Shown here piece after piece: positions 58,360 to 64,000 of a DNA stretch of 64,000 bases. The DNA is from Fibrobacteria bacterium. GTDB lineage: Bacteria; Fibrobacterota; Fibrobacteria; UBA11236. The notes below the pieces were generated by a model. That model ran no database searches, had not been told where the DNA came from, and was given only the letters and a program-made list of their open reading frames with translations. Position numbers and translations under genes: made by a program. The first letter of the stretch is position 1. Each line of letters starts with the position of its first letter. The stretch is from contig JAYTHY010000006.1 of the NCBI GenBank assembly GCA_043732185.1, positions 32,001-96,000 on the forward strand. The letters are read 5' to 3'.

Positions 58360-59204
58360 TGAAATTCGTTAAAATGCAAGGCGCGGGCAATGACTATGTG
58401 TATGTAGACCTTTTCAAAGAGAAGGTTGCCGATCCGGTAAAACTCGCGCAAGCGGTTTCCCATCGGCGCTTTGGGGTAGGGGCAGACGGACTGATTCTCA
58501 TCAAACCACGTGCGGATGCGGATGCGGAAATGGTGATGTACAATGCTGACGGCTCTTTGTCGGAGATGTGCGGCAATGGACTGCGCTGCGTCGCTAAGTA
58601 CATGCACGACCACCATTCCCGCGGCCAAAACGATTTTAAACTGATGACAGGTGCGGGTTGGAGACAGGCAAAGGTTGTGCATCGGGACCCCGCAGGCAAT
58701 GCCGATCAAGTGCGTATCGAAATGGGTGAACCCATTTTTGCTGGTTTGCAAATACCGACCACCTTTAGTCTTCCCGAAGTGATGGAAAAAAACATCGAAG
58801 TGGGTGGTCGAACTTTTACTTTCAGCTCCGTGTCCATGGGAAACCCGCATTGCGTGATTTATGTGGATAACGTGGTTGATTTTCCCGTCCATGAAATCGG
58901 TCCTCTGATCGAGACCCATTCATTCTTCCCGCGCAAAGTGAATGTTGAGTTTATTCAAATCATTTCCAAAACCGAGGTTGTGCAGCGCACCTGGGAAAGA
59001 GGCTCGGGTGAAACCTGGGCTTGCGGAACCGGCGCGTCTGCAGTAGCGGCCGTTGGATTCAAACTTGGGAAAACCGGGCCACGCCTGACCATTCACCTCA
59101 CAGGTGGCGACTTGCTGCTTGAATATACTGGCCAAGGTCAGGTGCTAATGAGCGGGCCAGCCGTTGAGGTGTTCTCGGGGGAGTGGTCGGAATCTATTGC
59201 TTAA
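58359..59204 (+). CDS. dapF: Diaminopimelate epimerase
   Basis: KMQGAGND, GVGADG, NADGS..EMCGNG, GNPH, ERGSGET.ACGTG. Confidence 0.96.
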   Translation: MKFVKMQGAGNDYVYVDLFKEKVADPVKLAQAVSHRRFGVGADGLILIKPRADADAEMVMYNADGSLSEMCGNGLRCVAKYMHDHHSRGQNDFKLMTGAGWRQAKVVHRDPAGNADQVRIEMGEPIFAGLQIPTTFSLPEVMEKNIEVGGRTFTFSSVSMGNPHCVIYVDNVVDFPVHEIGPLIETHSFFPRKVNVEFIQIISKTEVVQRTWERGSGETWACGTGASAVAAVGFKLGKTGPRLTIHLTGGDLLLEYTGQGQVLMSGPAVEVFSGEWSESIA

Positions 59205-59721
59205 CTACAAAACCCTGAATCTTTTTATCGGAAAGCTCGAGTAACTTGTCTTCCGCATCTTGTTTCGAATCGAAAAAACCCCAGCGTAGTTTGTAATAGG
59301 GCGCATCAAAAACCATGTCCACGCTGCCACCCAATTGTTTTTCGTAAAGGCTTTTTTTAGCCTGAGCAGCGTCAATATCTGACTCGGCGCTAATCTGAAT
59401 TCGGAATTTGGCTTTTCCAGTAGACGCGACTTCCGGATTCTTTGATTCACTGATTCCACCAGAACCATTGGTAGGTGTGGCCTGTGAAGCAGGTTTTACA
59501 CTGGCCAATACCATTGGCTTGGCGTCCAGCAATTTGTCCAATTCATCCGGTTCACTAAATTTTTTTTCTCCATTTGAAATTTCGGTAACAGGTGCTCCCG
59601 CCACTTTCGGCCTCGTGCCTCCTTCAGATCCCGATCCCCCCTTGGATTGGGACATCTGGTTTGCACAGCCGCCTAGGAACGCAGACAGCAGCATCACCAT
59701 GGCTATACTCAATTTTGCCAT
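59194..59721 (-). CDS. SPOR domain lipoprotein
   Basis: LGGC lipobox, linker, FRIQI...PYYKLRWG.F....AE. Confidence 0.82.
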   Translation of the reverse strand: MAKLSIAMVMLLSAFLGGCANQMSQSKGGSGSEGGTRPKVAGAPVTEISNGEKKFSEPDELDKLLDAKPMVLASVKPASQATPTNGSGGISESKNPEVASTGKAKFRIQISAESDIDAAQAKKSLYEKQLGGSVDMVFDAPYYKLRWGFFDSKQDAEDKLLELSDKKIQGFVVKQ

Positions 59722-59947
59722 ATTGCCTTTCTAGAGGTTGGGAGCGCCTGTTTAGCGCTCATTTGCCCAGGACTAGACTCAAAAGTAACAAACTGGACAT
59801 GCCGATATTATCGTTTGTCATCAAAAAATTCGAGAAGCTCAAATATTCCTGTTATTGCCTATAAGCCAGCGACTACTTGCCACCCCGTAGACTATGCAAA
59901 GCGTCGGATCCCATTCCGCCACCCGGCAACAAGCATAGGTAGGATAA

Positions 59948-60313
59948 ATGGAAATCAGCATTACCAAAAGAGGGGACCTTCAAATCATCCACGTTAAAGG
60001 GAAAATTCGTTTACAGAGTTGGCGCATTCTGGACAAGCATTTGGAATCGTTACTCCTCAAAGGTCACCGTTGGGTGGCTCTTGATTTGGGAGAGGTGAGC
60101 CTAATCTGCAGCACGGGAATTGGGTCGATTCTGCACAACGTCCGGAAGTTCCAGGAACACGAATGCACCTTGATGTTGGTTTCTTCCTCGGATTATGTTC
60201 AAGAACTTTTCGCCCTTTTCGGCTGCCATGCCGTTATTGATGATGTCTTCTTCTCCAACTGGGGTACACTTGAAAAGCGGATGCAATCGCAAGGATTGGC
60301 CGTAATCGAATAA
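59948..60313 (+). CDS. STAS domain protein (anti-sigma factor antagonist)
   Basis: IIHVKG, VALDLGEVSLICSTGIG, V.ELF.L.G. Confidence 0.8.
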   Translation: MEISITKRGDLQIIHVKGKIRLQSWRILDKHLESLLLKGHRWVALDLGEVSLICSTGIGSILHNVRKFQEHECTLMLVSSSDYVQELFALFGCHAVIDDVFFSNWGTLEKRMQSQGLAVIE

Positions 60314-60395
60314 TCACGAGCAAGCTTTCGCTCGCTCCATCCCGATCTTGTTTTCACTATGCTAGATTTTCGCTTCCCTAAATCGGAGCCGTACT

Positions 60396-60839
60396 ATGGA
60401 TTATGAAACAACATTGAATCAGGCTCTCGATCTTCTGGCCGATGGCGAGGAGAAAAAAGCTGGCCGCATCCTACAAACCTGTATCGACACCATCAAAAAA
60501 AACCTCACTGGCACCGATTCCGATCTCATCCAGTTTTATTACTGGGGCCGATGCCTAACCGCCATGGAGGAAGCCGAACAAGCCTTGCTCAAATTTGAAA
60601 AGGCGCTGGCTATCAATCCAAACCATGAAGGATCGCTCTGGGAAACGGCTTCCATTTTAATGCATGACATGGAACGACCCGAAAGCGCAAAGCCCATTCT
60701 GGCAGAAAGATTGGTTAAGCTCTTTCCCGAGAATGAACTGTATCAAGAATCTTTGCGCGTAGTCGAGTTCAGTTTAAAGCTTCGGAAAAACCCACCACCG
60801 ATGGAGAGCGAGGATGCGGAGAATTTGGATTCTAATTAG
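60396..60839 (+). CDS. TPR protein
   Basis: YYWGRCL...EQAL..FEKALAINP; GGAG RBS. Confidence 0.75.
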   Translation: MDYETTLNQALDLLADGEEKKAGRILQTCIDTIKKNLTGTDSDLIQFYYWGRCLTAMEEAEQALLKFEKALAINPNHEGSLWETASILMHDMERPESAKPILAERLVKLFPENELYQESLRVVEFSLKLRKNPPPMESEDAENLDSN

Positions 60840-60867
60840 TCCACTTAGTTTCCACTTAGTTTCCACT
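60836..60867. repeat. Intergenic 11-bp tandem repeat (tccacttagtt, about 3 copies)
   Basis: Seen directly, between the convergent TPR gene and flgL. Confidence 0.8.
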
Positions 60868-60896
60868 CAACTTCTACCAGCACGACCGAGGCACAT

Positions 60897-62075
60897 TTAC
60901 AGGAAGTTCATCAATGTATTCTGCATGGCCTTAGCCCCCATCTGCAGGGAAGCATCATAAATTGTTTTTTGCATGTTGTAATCGGAAATGGCCTGGGCGA
61001 AATCCACGTCTTCAATTCCGGATTGTAATTCCGAGGTATAGACAGTGCGTTCATCATTCCGGATCTGCGTTGACTCAAATCGCTGCACGCGTGCACCATT
61101 GGCAGCCTGAGCCGAAAGCTGACGTTTGAAAGACAAGTCCAATTTATCAATGGATGAAAGTATTTTATCCGGTTTGTTATTCAATGTTCCTTCCATCAGA
61201 TTAATCATGCCCTCCCAGGCATTCGTTTCCAGATTACTGCCAAAGGCTTCACTGGCCGTTGTATTTATCCGAGCGGCGACACCTTCCTCAATTTCGCGGT
61301 TAGAGACGCCATCCAAATCTTTTTCGTTACGACGCAACCAGTTGTAGGACATGTCGATGCCACCGCCCGCTGCAAGGGCCGTAGCGCCTGCAGTTAAATA
61401 GGTCACAGTACCTTTTACATAGTCCACGGTAAAGTCTGTCCCTTCCTTAAGTCCGTTGACCTTAAGAGTACCTGGGATAATCAAATAGGCATTTGCATCG
61501 TGAGTGACTGTATCCTTGGAATCATCCACGTTTTTGTCGATGACCTTAACAGGCACACCGACCGCCGGCATAGTCATGTCACCCGATAAAGCTCCGGGCG
61601 CAGTCAAAACGTGGGACGCGCCTCCACGGATTTCATAGGGCGGCACTTGGGAATTGGTTCCGGAAAAAATATATTCATCCTTGAAGGATGTGTTGGCCAG
61701 CGCAACCATCTGATCGAAAATAGCCCGGACCTCATTTCCGATGAAGAAACGGGTTTCTGAGGTATTGGAATCAGTCGCAGCTTGAATGGCGCGTTCATGC
61801 ATGTTCTGATACAGGTTGTTGGAAGTAGTAAGAGTTGAGTCTACCGTTCCCAAATAGGCCTGCCCGTCATTTACATTTCTCTGAAAGCTATTGAACTGAT
61901 CGATTTCGGAACGCAGTTCCATGCTCTGAGAAGTGCTTACGGGATTGTCCGAGGATTTATTGAGCTTTTTTCCCGTTGACAGCTGTTGCTGAACGCCCTC
62001 AAGTTTGCTGTAATTGGAATAGAGTCGTTCGAGTATGCGGGTACTGATTTGCGAAAAACTGATTCGGTTAGACAT
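60897..62075 (-). CDS. flgL: Flagellar hook-associated protein 3
   Basis: QQLSTGKK...SDNP, LANT....YIFSG, IEDVDFAQAI...LMNFL; follows flgK. Confidence 0.93.
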   Translation of the reverse strand: MSNRISFSQISTRILERLYSNYSKLEGVQQQLSTGKKLNKSSDNPVSTSQSMELRSEIDQFNSFQRNVNDGQAYLGTVDSTLTTSNNLYQNMHERAIQAATDSNTSETRFFIGNEVRAIFDQMVALANTSFKDEYIFSGTNSQVPPYEIRGGASHVLTAPGALSGDMTMPAVGVPVKVIDKNVDDSKDTVTHDANAYLIIPGTLKVNGLKEGTDFTVDYVKGTVTYLTAGATALAAGGGIDMSYNWLRRNEKDLDGVSNREIEEGVAARINTTASEAFGSNLETNAWEGMINLMEGTLNNKPDKILSSIDKLDLSFKRQLSAQAANGARVQRFESTQIRNDERTVYTSELQSGIEDVDFAQAISDYNMQKTIYDASLQMGAKAMQNTLMNFL

Positions 62076-62093
62076 GATTAGCTCCCTGAAGTT

Positions 62094-63785
62094 CTATTGA
62101 ATAGCCATCAGAATTTCCATCATCTGGCTGATGGTCTGTATGTATTTGGCCGAGGCCTTGTAACTGTTTTGGTATTTGATCATATTGGTCATCTCTTCAT
62201 CCATAGAAACACCAGATATCGAACCCTGCTCCGAATCCATCTGGGCAATCAAAAACTCTCTGGTATCTTTCCTAGATTTATTTTCATTATTCTCGATGCC
62301 CATCTTGCCGATCACGGCACTATAGAAATCGCCAATGCTCTGCGTAGGTGAACCATCGGCATCATTGTTCATGGATTTTGCCAAACGAACCTTGGCCAGT
62401 TCAGCGGCATTGCCACCGTTTCCATTTCCAGAAAAACCTGTAGTGTTGTAGGCAATTTTGACCGAAACGCTATCCAAGGCCGCATACCGGGCGTAATTCA
62501 GAAAGGTGATTGTGCCTTTTTCATAGTCGACAACATAGTCCTTACCCGCGCCTTCCTCGAGTACAATTCCGTTGGCTGCGCCGGATGTCATCGTGAGTTT
62601 TACACCGCCTTGAACCAGATTCTGGTATTTTGAATCAATGGCGCTAAGGTCCAGAGTTGGGCTGGCAGCTAGTGGGATTGTAAGTGGTAAGGCTGCGACA
62701 TCCGTGATTTTACCTCCTGCTGCTGCAGCGATATTAGCGCTATCTGCAAGCACGGAATCAGACAACGTCATGGTTCCTGCAGTGGTTTTTGTCGGGTCGA
62801 AAAAATATACGCCCGTGGCTTTGTTCAAAGTATAACCTGCAACGTGTACGGCATTGACCTGAGTAACAATGGCCTTAGCCAATTTATTCAATTGCTCTTT
62901 ATATCCATTCAGAACTTTGCTGCGGGCATCCATTATCCCGCGCAAACTTCCACTGCGCGGTTCAAAGGGCTTGCCGGAAGCCATGAACTTGAGCCGCAGT
63001 TCAGTGGTCTGGGTGCCATCCGATAACGTTCTATCCACTCCATATGTCCCGATTTTTAAAACCTCAGAAGCGCCTACCAGAAGATTGCCTCCTGATGTGA
63101 TGGTCATTCCTCCATTTGAATCCTCAATAGTCTGTATATCAATGAGTTCCGAAAGCTTACGCACAGTCAGATCCCGTTGGTCACGGGCTTCATTGGCTTT
63201 TTGCCCCTTGCTGGCTTCTACGCCGACTATTTTTTCGTTCAAGAGATAAATCTGACCTGTCAAATCGTTCACAGTTTTAGCCTTTTGATCCAGGGGGCTA
63301 TTCATGGAAAGACCGTATGCCTCGATTTCCTTGAAGGCGCTATGCAAGGTATCTGTGAGTACCAGGGCTGAAGATTTTACTGCCTCACGGGAAGAAAGAT
63401 TGGCGGGACTGTTAGCCAAGTCCTGCCAGGAAGCCCAGAACTTATTCATTTGGGCCGCAAGTCCCGTTTCGGTTGGCTCTTTCAGTATGTTCTCCAACCG
63501 GGTATAGGCTGAAGCAATCTCAGTGGTCAAGCCCTTTTCTCCCATCTGTTCCCACGTTTGCCGATCCAGGAATTCGTCGCGGACCCTGGCGATGGTAGTG
63601 ACCTCTACACCAATACCCTGCTGGCCAAAAACGTCGTTCCTAATCGAGGCCGCTTGCAAGTCGACGCGTTTACGGGAATACCCTTCGGTATTGGCGTTGG
63701 AAATATTCTGACCCGTCACGTCAATCTGGGTTTGAGCAACGTTCAATCCGCGCATCCCAATACCTAATGCATCAAATAATCCCAT
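62094..63785 (-). CDS. flgK: Flagellar hook-associated protein 1
   Basis: GQNISNANTEGYSR, G.GV....IAR.RD.FLD, N..RDQRD, SGVSMDEEM.NM..YQ. Confidence 0.95.
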   Translation of the reverse strand: MGLFDALGIGMRGLNVAQTQIDVTGQNISNANTEGYSRKRVDLQAASIRNDVFGQQGIGVEVTTIARVRDEFLDRQTWEQMGEKGLTTEIASAYTRLENILKEPTETGLAAQMNKFWASWQDLANSPANLSSREAVKSSALVLTDTLHSAFKEIEAYGLSMNSPLDQKAKTVNDLTGQIYLLNEKIVGVEASKGQKANEARDQRDLTVRKLSELIDIQTIEDSNGGMTITSGGNLLVGASEVLKIGTYGVDRTLSDGTQTTELRLKFMASGKPFEPRSGSLRGIMDARSKVLNGYKEQLNKLAKAIVTQVNAVHVAGYTLNKATGVYFFDPTKTTAGTMTLSDSVLADSANIAAAAGGKITDVAALPLTIPLAASPTLDLSAIDSKYQNLVQGGVKLTMTSGAANGIVLEEGAGKDYVVDYEKGTITFLNYARYAALDSVSVKIAYNTTGFSGNGNGGNAAELAKVRLAKSMNNDADGSPTQSIGDFYSAVIGKMGIENNENKSRKDTREFLIAQMDSEQGSISGVSMDEEMTNMIKYQNSYKASAKYIQTISQMMEILMAIQ

Positions 63786-63786
63786 T

Positions 63787-64000
63787 TCAAACGCTCCGAT
63801 TAATCAAGTTGCGGATTTGAATTTTGCCAATACGAACAGCACCCTTGGAGGAGTAGGTGTTCATTTTTTCATTCTGCTTGCGCCCGACCACGCTAGTCAT
63901 GATGCCGACCGTGGTATGGATGATTCGGCTGCCATTTTCAACCAACGCCATGTTGATGCAAAGTATGCTTTTAAGTTCGCCAGTGGATTTGAGCAATGCT
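63787..64000 (-). CDS. flgN: FlgN export chaperone, 3' end only (cut by the window edge)
   Basis: Position immediately upstream of flgK; N.ALV.....TY...G...LIN ending. Confidence 0.65.
   Translation of the reverse strand, partial: ALLKSTGELKSILCINMALVENGSRIIHTTVGIMTSVVGRKQNEKMNTYSSKGAVRIGKIQIRNLINRSV

Noticed and set aside
63787..64000. Short 69-aa flgN as a pseudogene
   Set aside because: The frame is open to the window edge; it is simply truncated by the window.
1..64000. CRISPR arrays, tRNA/rRNA, IS elements, prophage, defence systems, stop-codon recoding
   Set aside because: I saw no spaced direct repeats, cloverleafs, or transposase, integrase or phage motifs. All recognised genes are intact under code 11. 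The DinG lacks any cas neighbours, so it is not a type IV CRISPR component.

Overview
This is an ordinary chromosomal segment of a diderm bacterium, with about 58 CDS and the RNase P RNA (rnpB). I infer FCB superphylum, most likely Fibrobacterota, from T9SS-like C-terminal domains occurring together with flagellar genes; I could not test this. I saw no tRNA, rRNA, CRISPR array, IS or prophage. Housekeeping genes include pgsA-like, rpsT, folC, accD, uppP, class I fumarase, lepB, dapF, tldD/pmbA, ybbA/ybbP/tesA and flgN-flgK-flgL. The standout is an 8.5-kb, tightly coupled minus-strand cluster (13137-21659). In order it encodes an orphan sigma54-type regulator, a multi-pass TPR/Cys-cluster membrane protein, a DUF4388(PATAN)-TM-pseudopilin-like protein, three roadblock-type proteins, an MglA GTPase and MglB. 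The MglA has a ~350-aa Pro-rich tail ending in a MinD-like amphipathic helix. This looks like a membrane-anchored, multi-roadblock small-GTPase signalling or polarity module. Other oddities are several apparent pseudo-enzyme domains (a degenerate duplicate in PgsA, a CheB lacking its catalytic His, a DinG with decayed helicase motifs), a shared beta-insert in FlgK and FlgL, an expanded RNase P RNA, and recurring -10-box/ATG spacing that suggests leaderless mRNAs. All family calls come from motif recognition by eye; no searches were run.
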